A stretch of 32,000 nt of DNA from Candidatus Lokiarchaeum ossiferum (GTDB taxonomy: Archaea > Asgardarchaeota > Lokiarchaeia > Sigyniarchaeales > Promethearchaeaceae). The stretch is taken from NCBI GenBank assembly GCA_025839675.1, contig CP104013.1:1020001-1052000 (forward strand), in the 5' to 3' direction. Below the pieces are notes generated by a model that made no database searches, had not been told where the DNA came from, and saw only the letters and a list, made by a program, of their open reading frames with translations. Shown here one piece after another: positions 21,944-31,556 of the stretch. Position 1 is the stretch's first letter; the number at the start of each line of letters is the position of its first letter. The position numbers and the translations under genes are program-made.

Positions 21944-24900
21944 TTAAAATTGATGGAAATAGTCGGTATATTTCCTTTTTGACTCCAAATAATAGAGAAG
22001 GAGATATATCAGAAAGGAAAGTAGTGGAATAATCGCAATAATCCCAACTAAATCAATTGCGTTCCAAAAAATAGGGGATCTATATGATGAACCTTCAAAA
22101 TTGACCAATTTAATTATTTTGGAGAGTACAATTCCAAAAATGGAACCACTGATGATTCCATTAAATATTGGAATGAAGAATATGACAAAAATTTCCATAA
22201 ATGTCAGCGCTAATAACCCTTTCTTCCCCACACCTCGAGCTAGTAGTGTTCCATGATAATGCTTGTCCATTTTCCGTAAGTAAACCAATAGTATTCCAAT
22301 TCCAATCGCCATCAGAATTCCAATGATGATGAATTCAAAATAAAAAATTACATATGTTCCTGAGGAAAATTGTATTATATCGAGAGCCATATCATTCCAC
22401 TGATCTTGATATATACTGACATAAGTATGACCATTAAAATTATCTGTGACTTCACTGATCTTGTTAGATAGTCCACTTTGATCCAAAGTGCAATTTTCAT
22501 TCAAATTCATTAAAGTAAAAAATTGCAAACTATGCAAATATGAAGAATTCGTATTGACCGAACTTAGATCTATAAGCATGAACTCTTCTTCATTATAATA
22601 ACTTGAACTTTTAGAAGTGTAAAAACCCGGAAGAGTGTCAATTACATCAAATATAATTGCTACAATCTCGTCCAATTGCATTCGATTTGTTAATGGGTCA
22701 TAATAATAATGATTAATTGAAGTTTTCTCATAAAGGGATTTTAGATGAGCTTTTTGATATTGTGAATTAACGATTACACCTGGTAATTTTCCAGATGTAA
22801 GATTATTATTATACAGAGTCAAATTACGTAATCTATTATAAAGATTCTTTTCTGGTTCAAGTTTTTCTGGTTCTGATATAAGATCTAGATATTTGGAAAC
22901 ATTTGTAATATATTTCGTTGTTTCATGATACACTCTAAAATAAGCGGGACTTCCAGAATCTACAAACGTTGTGACAGCTTTGGTACTCATGTTTTGATTG
23001 TCAGTTAATGTCAAATTTAATAACTGATCTTCCATTGAATCAATATCTTCTGCACAGCGGATTTTTGAGGAAGAATCAAGCCCATTTTCTTCGTTAATTG
23101 GAATTTGAGCAAAACTAATCTTACAATCAGCTCCAATTTTTAAGTTACTATCAATAATTTCTGTTCTTACGGATGTCTGAAAATAAATATTAGAGAAAGT
23201 CAAGAGGGAGACAAAAATGCCTATAAGATACATAGTCATTATATAAGGCTTTTTTTTTATTATATTCAAGGCAACTAATTTTGATTTACTTTTTGAATAA
23301 ATAGAAACGATTATCTTTGATAACCGTCCTAAACGACTAGGTTTTTCATAAGCGATTAGGTGAATTATTCCAACCACCATTAAAACAGGTGAAAGTATGG
23401 ATAGTACTGCAAACGGCTGGCTGAAAGGAGAAATTAGTTCAGAAATCCAGATTAATGTATCATTGGTTCCTTTTCTCCCATTATCAACGATTAAGTAAAA
23501 GATCAGGGGAAAAAGAGAGAATAATATTAAAATAATGCCAAATCTATGAACTTTCCCCTTTTCATTCGAAGAAACAGTATCTTTGTATAAATTCTGATGT
23601 TTTAGAATTCTATCAATTATTAATGGTTTTTCTTTATTGCTTGATAACCTGCGAGCTGTTTCAGCGGGTTTTTTTTTTGATTTTTCAATATCATCAAGAA
23701 AATATGGGTTTTTTTCTTCAATATTGCCAGAAAAGAAGGGTAGATCATTTAAAGTAACATTCTTGGTTTTTGAACTGTTAAATAAAGTTATTTCGTCATA
23801 TGTGATATCAAATGATTCTGAATTTACCTTACTAAGTAGTTCTTTTGTGGATACATTCTTTAGATATACCAATGAAAAAACATTGGCAACTTGGGTTATA
23901 ATGATTCCGGCGAGAAATGTCAAAAGGACACTATTAAATGAAAAAAAAATAGGTAAATTTAGTGAAACTTGATTCCAGCTAACAAGACTTAATAAAGTAG
24001 TACGAAATGAATAAAATACGATAATCCCACAGAAACAGGCAAAAATAGATGAAGAAACTCCGATAAAAATTCCTTCAATAATCAATTGAATAGAAAGCAT
24101 TTTTGTTGAAGCACCTTTACTTTTCAAGAGAAGAAATTCTTCAATCCGATTTTTCTGCTCAACTTTTAAGGCAAATGCTCCAATAAAAATCGCAAAGATA
24201 AGAATGGGAAGAACAATTAACTGAAGACTGATCCGGATATCCTTCAATTGAGTTGAAAATTCGCATAAAGCGAGATAGAGAGAATTATCAAAGTCCATAT
24301 AATCAGGTAAAGTAAGAGAAAATTCGGATCCAGCTTCTCCAATATTGTTTGTGATTGTAGAGAGGAAATTAAAAGAGATAGAACTTCTATCTGAAATTAA
24401 TGAACACCCTCGAATGGGAAAAAAGTTGATTATTGAAAAATCAACGTTGATTCGAGCTAAAACATCTTCTAATGGATTGGATGAAATGTTTTTTGATGTA
24501 TTCAAGAATGTAAACAGAGGAGGATTGATTTTTGGATCTTCTAAAGAATTTTCTGATACAGGTGAAATTTTCTGGGTTAGTTCATCGAAGTGATAGCCAA
24601 AAAAATAATTGTCTTGTGAAAATTTTAAATGGGCCAATTTAGATGCATAAATACCGACAACTTCAAATTTTGAAAAATTTAGAGTGTGTACCTCATCTCG
24701 TAATGTTAATTGATCATCATCACCGTCATAAAGCGATGAATAAGCACAAATTTCAATCATTTGATCTTTTCCAATAGATAAATTCATCTTTTGTGCAAAA
24801 TTGATATCAATTAAAATTTGATCCATAGAAGTGGGAAAGGTACCATTTAATATTTTAAAATATCGATTGAAGCGCGCAGATTCATAAAAATTTGTCGAAT

Positions 24901-25315
24901 AGGCATTGTATTGCAATTGAGAAGAAAAATATTTATTCAGAACTGGTCTTTGGGAAGTTGGGATTTGGGTATAATTTTTGAAGAAAGCAACTCTACGATA
25001 ATCTTGGATGATCTCAAAGGAATATTGTTCAATAATATCAATATGCTTGTTAAATTCAGAGAATGAAGGGATAAAATTTTCAATTTTTTCACTTTCCAAG
25101 GTATAAGTTGAATTATTATCTAAAGTTCGATAAAAAATGTTAAAATCATCAATTTGTCCAAAGGATTTTTGAAGGGTTTCTTGTTTATATGAATCTGTAA
25201 ATATATAGATACCAGAAACCATACTTAAGGCGATCCCTAATCCGATAACAATTAACACACTTTTCTTTATACTTTTTCTTCCTTGTTTGAAATAATATTT
25301 TAAACGATTGTTCAT
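21944..25315 (-). CDS. Very large ABC transporter permease with two FtsX/MacB-type 4-TM modules, each preceded by a large extracytoplasmic domain
   Basis: An N-terminal TM is followed by a ~330-aa N-x-S/T-rich ectodomain. The first FtsX block is EEFLLLKSKGASTKMLSIQLIIEG. A basic cytoplasmic linker follows, then a second TM and ectodomain. The second FtsX block is LLARGVGKKGLLALTFMEIF. The gene lies 21 nt upstream of the ATPase. Confidence 0.85.
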   Translation of the reverse strand: MNNRLKYYFKQGRKSIKKSVLIVIGLGIALSMVSGIYIFTDSYKQETLQKSFGQIDDFNIFYRTLDNNSTYTLESEKIENFIPSFSEFNKHIDIIEQYSFEIIQDYRRVAFFKNYTQIPTSQRPVLNKYFSSQLQYNAYSTNFYESARFNRYFKILNGTFPTSMDQILIDINFAQKMNLSIGKDQMIEICAYSSLYDGDDDQLTLRDEVHTLNFSKFEVVGIYASKLAHLKFSQDNYFFGYHFDELTQKISPVSENSLEDPKINPPLFTFLNTSKNISSNPLEDVLARINVDFSIINFFPIRGCSLISDRSSISFNFLSTITNNIGEAGSEFSLTLPDYMDFDNSLYLALCEFSTQLKDIRISLQLIVLPILIFAIFIGAFALKVEQKNRIEEFLLLKSKGASTKMLSIQLIIEGIFIGVSSSIFACFCGIIVFYSFRTTLLSLVSWNQVSLNLPIFFSFNSVLLTFLAGIIITQVANVFSLVYLKNVSTKELLSKVNSESFDITYDEITLFNSSKTKNVTLNDLPFFSGNIEEKNPYFLDDIEKSKKKPAETARRLSSNKEKPLIIDRILKHQNLYKDTVSSNEKGKVHRFGIILILFSLFPLIFYLIVDNGRKGTNDTLIWISELISPFSQPFAVLSILSPVLMVVGIIHLIAYEKPSRLGRLSKIIVSIYSKSKSKLVALNIIKKKPYIMTMYLIGIFVSLLTFSNIYFQTSVRTEIIDSNLKIGADCKISFAQIPINEENGLDSSSKIRCAEDIDSMEDQLLNLTLTDNQNMSTKAVTTFVDSGSPAYFRVYHETTKYITNVSKYLDLISEPEKLEPEKNLYNRLRNLTLYNNNLTSGKLPGVIVNSQYQKAHLKSLYEKTSINHYYYDPLTNRMQLDEIVAIIFDVIDTLPGFYTSKSSSYYNEEEFMLIDLSSVNTNSSYLHSLQFFTLMNLNENCTLDQSGLSNKISEVTDNFNGHTYVSIYQDQWNDMALDIIQFSSGTYVIFYFEFIIIGILMAIGIGILLVYLRKMDKHYHGTLLARGVGKKGLLALTFMEIFVIFFIPIFNGIISGSIFGIVLSKIIKLVNFEGSSYRSPIFWNAIDLVGIIAIIPLLSFLIYLLLYYLESKRKYTDYFHQF

Positions 25316-25341
25316 GTTCTCACCGATTTGCTTATGTTCCG

Positions 25342-28300
25342 TTAAAACTTGTGGAAAAATGTAGAGATTTTTTTCCTCGCTTCATTTTTATAAATAAAAT
25401 ATGAAATTCCAAACGATAGTCCAATTATTAGACTAATTATTCCAATAATATCAAATAGATTGATAAAAATAGGTAAATCAATTGCGCTTTTTGATGGATC
25501 TAACGTTCGATCCATTTTAACAAGAACTGTCGAAAATACAACACCAATTCCCAGTCCAAAAAGAATAGCAATAAAGAATAATACAAAAAGTTCAGTTAAA
25601 ATCAAACTTAATAATCCTTTTTTACCAAATCCACGGGCCAATAAAACCCCATTAAAATATTTCTTTTCTCGTTCTAGAGCAATTAATACAATTGATAAAC
25701 CAAATGCAATTAGAATTCCAACAATAATAAAATCAATATATAACACGGTATAGAAACCAAGAATATCTAGGGATGTGTCTAATTCTAGCATCTTAAAATC
25801 TTGATCGTAAAAATCCAGTTCCTTATATAAAGTTGAAAAGTCACTTGTACAATTTTCAATATATGCTTCTAAAATTTTGGGATCTGACTCCACGGTGGGG
25901 TCAATATCAATCATCTGATAAATATGGCTTGAAGGGAGACAATAATCAGGTATCTCCAGAAACGAAGCATCGAATAGAATGACTTCATCATTTTTAGTTT
26001 GATAAACATATTCAGTATATAATCCAGGAAAAATATTGAGGGAACTTAGAATTTTGCATCGTAATTTCGAAAAATAAGGAGTATGAGTATCTAAATCATA
26101 AGATCTGTGTTTGACATCCAGTAAATCCCCCACTTTAACACCATTATTCTCTAAGAAAAGATCATTTACAATAATACCAGGGACCTGACAAGATGTTAAA
26201 GGAATACTCATAAGTTCTCCTATTGCAGGTTCTCCTTTTGAACTTCGATTATTATCATCTTGATTATCTATTGATGGTTCTTCTTCAATCTTTAGAAAAT
26301 CATTATTATATTTAATTACTTCTTTAAATGATTGCTTAAAAGCAGAACTAGGATAATTTTTATTATTTTCCCCAATTATTTTGAAATATTTCTCAAATTC
26401 AATAACATAAATAGACCAATCCGGATTATTTACATCATAATCTTCTTTGTAATAGCTCAAAACATTATTTATGAGATATTTATCAGTCTCAGGAACTTGA
26501 TAATTCAATAAAGTGTTTTCAAGATTATGCAACTCTGAAATTTTTGTTATATTTTCTGAATATTTATGAAGCGTTGCAGTGATATCAGCTCCAACAATAT
26601 AATTTTCACTTAAATAATTATAACGTGCATTTGAATTCAAATAAATATTTGAAAAAGAAAAGAGAGAGGAAAATAGAGCTAATACTAAAATTAATATTTT
26701 ATATTGTTTTCTTCTGAGCATTTCAATGCCAACTAAAAAACTCCTTTCCTTTATGAATAATTGAGCAATTCTTTGAGATAATTTGGAGAATAGTATTGGG
26801 ATTTCAACGGTAATTAATCTTATTATTCCCCAAACCAAAAATACTGGAGATATCACAATGATAACGTTTAATGCGATAAACATAGCATCTTGTTGCAAGA
26901 ATTCGACGACTTCAGTCAATGAATCAGACAAAACTCGAGATTTTGAATAATATATAAAAAGATAAATGCAAGTTGGAATAAAAGAACTAAAAATCAATAG
27001 AAATGAGTATTTAATTGGCTTCTTTTTTCTTTTAATTGGCGCGGTCTTTTTTTTATTTGAATCTAAGCCCAATTTTCTTAAATTTTCCTCATTTTTGCTT
27101 AAAAGGGCAAAATTTTCTCCATAGACCATTCTTTGTTTGAGTTCTTTGATTTTTTCAAAATCTTTTACTTCTTCTTTATGTTCTTTTTTCTTATCACGTT
27201 TTTTCTGTGCTCTTCTTTTTGAATTCCCTTGAGAAATTGTTGATTGATCGTTTAAAATTTTGTTCTCCGAGACAATAAAATCTCTGGTGTATATAGTATT
27301 ACTATCGTCGGATTTTACTTTATTTTTCCGAGTCAATGTTTTTTCATTGAATTCAGCTTCAAAATCTTCTGATCCAATCTGTCCAAGAACTTTGCCGATA
27401 TCTATATCAAGAATAGATTTCAAGGCACTTATACTCCCAATCAAAGATAAAATCTGCCCAATTGCAAAAATTTGTAAAATAATTGACAAGTTTACCGTGG
27501 GTTTAAGGAATTCGGAATAAATTAATATTCCTGTAAAAAATTGCTTAAATGCATAGAAAAAGAAAACCCCAAAAATTAAACTTAATGTTGAAGAAATTAT
27601 TCCAATTAAAGAATTTTCATACAAAAATTCAATGAATGTCATCCTTGGGGGCGCCCCTTTACTTTTGAGTAATAAAAATTCTTCAGCACGAGAAGTTACT
27701 TCTGTTTTTCGTGCAAAAGATCCAAAAAGAATGGCTGCAATAATCAACGGAATACTTAAGACAATAAGTACTCCTCGAAGGAAAAGGGTATCAAGATATA
27801 CTTTTTTCATTATTGGATAGAGTATAGAAGTAAGTTCAAACGAATCAGGCAAATTTGTCTCAATCACATTATCTTCAGAATTCAATTGTTTCGAAAAAGC
27901 ATTATAATTATGAAATCCAACATTATTCCTGTTAATAATTCCAAAAAAACCAAAAAAGGCTTCTGAGACATGAGTTAGGGGATTATTATCAATTGTTTGA
28001 TCAAACTGATAAATTAGTTCTTGATATGCAAATTTATCATCTTGTGAAGAAAAATTATGGACAGTTAAAATAGGTGCACTTTCAGGAAATTCTTGAGTAT
28101 ATTCAATTACTCCCGTTTCTGGATCATATTGATAATTTACTTCAAAATTTTTTGTGAGAAATCGATATTGTACCTTATTTGAAGCGTAAACACCAACAAT
28201 AGTGGAGTTAAGGTGCACTCCATTATACTTTTCATTAAAGAAAGTTGATTTCAAAGGATGGATAGTCATAGGATCACCATAACTATCGAAAAATTGTTCA

Positions 28301-28902
28301 AAACCTTGAAGATTTTTTTCTAAGCATATGCTTAGATCTTGGTATCCATCCAATGTTATATTAAAATATTCCATGTAGGAGATATCAAGAATAATTTCAT
28401 TAGAAGAGAGTGGTAATCGTCCTTCCAGCAACGTGAAAAAGGAATTAAACCTATCAGACTGATAAAAAGAATTTTCGATCTGAATTACAGAGAAAGGAAG
28501 GACGGATAATTGAGATTCTTCTGTAGGATCAAAGGGCAGCGATCTATTTAAAGCGAGTTTTAAAAATTCAGAATGAAAACACCCATAGTCAAATAATTGA
28601 TCAAGTTCCATATCCCTTTCTTCTATCATTTTTTTTGCGGAAACGATTTTCTCTTGATTTTTGGCAAATGCCGCAGTTCCATTATAAGAATCAGCACTAA
28701 CATCCACCGTAAAATCAACGACGTTTGTGAGTTTTCGATCAAGTAATTCTCGTTCATAAGAAAGGGAATATATATTTAGACCAAAAATCACACTAATTGT
28801 TAAAGAAAATGCAATGATAATTAAAATATTACTTCGTGTACTATGATATGCTCGTTTAATGTAATAGGATATTCGGGATCTAATTTTTACAACACCTTTC
28901 AC
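25342..28902 (-). CDS. Second very large double-FtsX/MacB-type ABC permease (paralog of 21944-25315)
   Basis: Same architecture as the paralog: EEFLLLKSKGAPPRMTFIEFLYEN, a lysine-rich linker (KRRAQKKRDKKKEHKEE...KRKKKPIK) and LLARGFGKKGLLSLILTELF. The start is GTG at 28902, with no nearby in-frame ATG. The gap to the next permease is 26 nt. Confidence 0.85.
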   Translation of the reverse strand: MKGVVKIRSRISYYIKRAYHSTRSNILIIIAFSLTISVIFGLNIYSLSYERELLDRKLTNVVDFTVDVSADSYNGTAAFAKNQEKIVSAKKMIEERDMELDQLFDYGCFHSEFLKLALNRSLPFDPTEESQLSVLPFSVIQIENSFYQSDRFNSFFTLLEGRLPLSSNEIILDISYMEYFNITLDGYQDLSICLEKNLQGFEQFFDSYGDPMTIHPLKSTFFNEKYNGVHLNSTIVGVYASNKVQYRFLTKNFEVNYQYDPETGVIEYTQEFPESAPILTVHNFSSQDDKFAYQELIYQFDQTIDNNPLTHVSEAFFGFFGIINRNNVGFHNYNAFSKQLNSEDNVIETNLPDSFELTSILYPIMKKVYLDTLFLRGVLIVLSIPLIIAAILFGSFARKTEVTSRAEEFLLLKSKGAPPRMTFIEFLYENSLIGIISSTLSLIFGVFFFYAFKQFFTGILIYSEFLKPTVNLSIILQIFAIGQILSLIGSISALKSILDIDIGKVLGQIGSEDFEAEFNEKTLTRKNKVKSDDSNTIYTRDFIVSENKILNDQSTISQGNSKRRAQKKRDKKKEHKEEVKDFEKIKELKQRMVYGENFALLSKNEENLRKLGLDSNKKKTAPIKRKKKPIKYSFLLIFSSFIPTCIYLFIYYSKSRVLSDSLTEVVEFLQQDAMFIALNVIIVISPVFLVWGIIRLITVEIPILFSKLSQRIAQLFIKERSFLVGIEMLRRKQYKILILVLALFSSLFSFSNIYLNSNARYNYLSENYIVGADITATLHKYSENITKISELHNLENTLLNYQVPETDKYLINNVLSYYKEDYDVNNPDWSIYVIEFEKYFKIIGENNKNYPSSAFKQSFKEVIKYNNDFLKIEEEPSIDNQDDNNRSSKGEPAIGELMSIPLTSCQVPGIIVNDLFLENNGVKVGDLLDVKHRSYDLDTHTPYFSKLRCKILSSLNIFPGLYTEYVYQTKNDEVILFDASFLEIPDYCLPSSHIYQMIDIDPTVESDPKILEAYIENCTSDFSTLYKELDFYDQDFKMLELDTSLDILGFYTVLYIDFIIVGILIAFGLSIVLIALEREKKYFNGVLLARGFGKKGLLSLILTELFVLFFIAILFGLGIGVVFSTVLVKMDRTLDPSKSAIDLPIFINLFDIIGIISLIIGLSFGISYFIYKNEARKKISTFFHKF

Positions 28903-29106
28903 TTTATTTGAAGAGAAAAACTTAATAAATGGTTTTAGAAACCAAAATATGTGATTTTCAGAGATTCTATATAAGTGTTAATTTTTTTGAATATTAAACT
29001 ATTTTTATACAATTGCATAATCCTTTCAATTCTTTTTTTGTATTTAACGGAAGATCTTCCTTAAAAAATCTTATCCAAACTCACCTATTTCTAAACTATG
29101 TTATGG

Positions 29107-29317
29107 ATTTTTGTCGATTAAAAACTACACCCTGGTATCAATCAAACACAGCAAATTATTGTCGGGACAAGAGCAAAAACTTCGACAAAAAATAAAAAAT
29201 GGATAACAAGTTAACTCAACACTTCTAAAACTTCATTTTAGGAGAAGAAAGAGATTTTTATTCCGACAAAAATTTATTAATATTATAACAAAAAGATTTT
29301 TCGCGGATTTTGTCGCC
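29107..29317. promoter_or_regulatory. Cluster of five copies of an ATTTTTGTCGR motif (three forward, two reverse) in the long intergenic region upstream of the permease operon
   Basis: Forward copies at about 29107-29117 (atttttgtcga), 29155-29166 (attattgtcggg) and 29307-29317 (attttgtcgcc). Reverse copies at 29182-29192 (tcgacaaaaaa) and 29263-29273 (ccgacaaaaat). TTGTCG is otherwise rare in this window; I found only about three other occurrences by eye. Confidence 0.4.
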
Positions 29318-29472
29318 CAAAAAATAAGAACCCTTCGGGTTTAGTGTAAAAACCTTCCAAAAATTAAGTGAACCCCTTAAATAGAGAACTAAACATTGAT
29401 AATAATATCTATCGCTGCATAATATCTGGGTATATCTAACACAAAATAAATAGCAAAACAGGAAATTAAACA

Positions 29473-29772
29473 ATGAGCATGTACAGAAAATATCTGTTGA
29501 AAAACAATTTTTGGCCACAATCTTCTAATAATGGAAGTGAACCAAACTGTTATGTTAAGCATGAAATTCATACAGGAGGAATTTATGCATATATTCAACA
29601 TCGCGGAGTTAAAATCATTGCTAATAATGAGACACAATTTTTTAATAACTTTAAAATGCTCGATGAATATTTAGATGAATTATCTGTGAAAATGCGAAAC
29701 GAAACATCAGATCTTATGAAGATTATCAACCGACGTACGACTTCCAATATGTTACGACAAATTCCTCTATAA
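29473..29772 (+). CDS. Possible small hypothetical protein (99 aa)
   Basis: ATG start. The composition is more protein-like than that of the overlapping antisense ORFs. It is the only plausible ORF in a ~890-bp gap. No homology recognised. Confidence 0.3.
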   Translation: MSMYRKYLLKNNFWPQSSNNGSEPNCYVKHEIHTGGIYAYIQHRGVKIIANNETQFFNNFKMLDEYLDELSVKMRNETSDLMKIINRRTTSNMLRQIPL

Positions 29773-29789
29773 TTGTTTAGTAAAAATCT

Positions 29790-30365
29790 TCATGCAAAAT
29801 CCAGAACATAGAAATGGAGAATAAACCCTATCGTCCACAATATCCCCCCGATCATTAGCCACAAACCATCCGGCCAGTCCCGCTTCTTTCCTATCCTTGG
29901 ATCAACAAAAATAAAAATCCCATATACCATAATTAAAGCAAAAATCATAGATCCGATACCTAAATTTGGAAATATTGCCGATTTCAATCCTTGAGGATAC
30001 CATATTGATCCAACTACAACAATAGGGATGTGCAATGTTAATCGCTCCAATATAACCCAAAGATCCACTTTTTCGGGTGAAAATTCTCCTCCTCCGGGTA
30101 AAACACTTTTATTTTGTTTCAATTTAATGAAAAATGGGATATCAAAAACAAAGATACAAATAACCATCATGGGATAGGTGCAAGCAACCACTAAATTGAA
30201 AGCATCATTTTGGAAGCTAAAGATCATCGCAATAAAGAAATATTCTGCTAAAAATCTACTGGTAAAATGGCGCTCATATTTCAATTGCTTCTTTAATTTT
30301 ATTTCATTTACCCAAATACGAAAAATAAGGCCTAAACATCCAAAAATTACCAAAAATATATTCAT
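29790..30365 (-). CDS. Integral membrane protein (5-6 TM), unknown function, downstream of ATPase copy 2
   Basis: Multiple hydrophobic helices (IFLVIFGCLGLIF, YFFIAMIFSF, MMVICIFVFDIPFF, IPIVVVGSIW, MIFALIMVYGIFIFV, LWLMIGGILWTIGFILHF). The first ATG is at 30365; the track start at 30374 is TTG. Confidence 0.6.
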   Translation of the reverse strand: MNIFLVIFGCLGLIFRIWVNEIKLKKQLKYERHFTSRFLAEYFFIAMIFSFQNDAFNLVVACTYPMMVICIFVFDIPFFIKLKQNKSVLPGGGEFSPEKVDLWVILERLTLHIPIVVVGSIWYPQGLKSAIFPNLGIGSMIFALIMVYGIFIFVDPRIGKKRDWPDGLWLMIGGILWTIGFILHFYVLDFA

Positions 30366-30440
30366 TGAGAACAAGAATCACAATGTTTCACCAGATTAAA
30401 ATACATCCAAAAAAAAAATAATATTAATTATATTTGTAGA

Positions 30441-31532
30441 TTATGAAACCTCTTGCCGAATATCGAATAAACTAACCCATTGATAATAAACTTGATAACA
30501 TTCAGGACAGAAAATCACTGCCCTGGTCACCAATTGATTATTCTTCACCTTATAAGACCCATCTTCTTGATCGAAATTCTTGAGAATGTTCTCCGATTTG
30601 CAGCGAGGACAAACATTAATATCTTGAAAATCAATGAAACGAAAATCAGGATTGAGAATTTTTTCCACCTTATCCTTTTCTTTCTGCATTTGTACAATTT
30701 TGTCCATCTCTTGCATGCCTTCATCATCTGCATGAATAGATTCGGTACTTTCTGAATCAATTTTTCCCAGTTCCCGAATTATCTGCCCATCTTTGATGAT
30801 TAAAGTCCGATCCGCAATTTTTCGGACTTCTGGGTTGTGAGTGACTATCACAATAGATTTATCCGGATTTTTTTGAATGAACTGTCTAAAAATGTTCATA
30901 ATTTTTTCTGACGAGATAGAATCAATATTACCCGTAGGTTCATCGGCCAAAATAATAGTGGGATTATTTGCAAATGCCATTGCAATTGCCACTCGCTGTT
31001 TTTCCCCACCTGATAGCGTAAAAGGACGATGATGTGCACGATCTTCTAACCCGATTTCTTTAATGAGCTCATGAACTCGAGTTCGTTTATACTCATTGCT
31101 CTTCTTCGCAATAGTCATAGGCAATTCTACATTTCCTTCTGCGGTCAAACTGGGAATAAGGTTAAAAAATTGAAAGACTATACCAATTTCATTTTGCAAA
31201 ATTTGCTGCACTCCTTCATCCTTCATACGAGTAACATCAAACCCACGAATGAACACATGCCCTGCACTGGCTTGATCCATCCCAGATATGACGTTTAAAA
31301 GAGTTGTTTTTCCTGATCCTGAAGGACCCATAATCACAACAATCTCTCCAGCGTAAATATTCATATTGACTCCCTTAAGGGCGACTACTTCCAAATTACC
31401 TTGTTGGAAGATGCGAAAGACATTTTGACAACTAACGTTCACTTGCCTTTGTTTCAAGGGGACTTGTTTGTCTTGCGGTGTTACATTAGCGTCTACATCC
31501 GTTTTGGATGATTCATTTTCATTTTCGATCAT
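30441..31532 (-). CDS. ABC transporter ATP-binding protein with zinc-ribbon tail; copy 2
   Basis: The protein is identical to copy 1 over about 330 C-terminal residues. Only the first ~33 residues differ (MIENENESSKTDVDANVTPQDKQVPLKQRQVNVS vs MIKNETEASKMDEGFINASDDKSLPLKQRQVNIS). Confidence 0.95.
   Translation of the reverse strand: MIENENESSKTDVDANVTPQDKQVPLKQRQVNVSCQNVFRIFQQGNLEVVALKGVNMNIYAGEIVVIMGPSGSGKTTLLNVISGMDQASAGHVFIRGFDVTRMKDEGVQQILQNEIGIVFQFFNLIPSLTAEGNVELPMTIAKKSNEYKRTRVHELIKEIGLEDRAHHRPFTLSGGEKQRVAIAMAFANNPTIILADEPTGNIDSISSEKIMNIFRQFIQKNPDKSIVIVTHNPEVRKIADRTLIIKDGQIIRELGKIDSESTESIHADDEGMQEMDKIVQMQKEKDKVEKILNPDFRFIDFQDINVCPRCKSENILKNFDQEDGSYKVKNNQLVTRAVIFCPECYQVYYQWVSLFDIRQEVS
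30445..31435. repeat. Direct repeat copy B (991 bp, 100% identical to 20835-21825)
   Basis: See copy A. The flanks on both sides are only partly similar or unrelated. Confidence 0.9.
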
Positions 31533-31556
31533 AGTTTGACATTCCTTTTTTTTTTA

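Noticed and set aside
23637-27820. Plus-strand ORFs 23637-23972, 24345-24593, 25460-25753, 27260-27520 and 27632-27820
   Set aside because: They are antisense to the two giant permease genes. No motifs are present.
29013-29637. ORFs 29013-29195, 29258-29518 and 29389-29637 in the long intergenic region
   Set aside because: They have Cys/Phe/Leu/Asn-rich junk-like translations and mutually overlapping frames. The first uses a TTG start and runs through the motif array.
20870-31298. Identical ORF pairs 20870-21145/30480-30755, 20935-21150/30545-30760 and 21461-21688/31071-31298
   Set aside because: They are identical only because they lie inside the 991-bp repeat. All are alternative-frame or antisense ORFs within the ABC ATPase gene.
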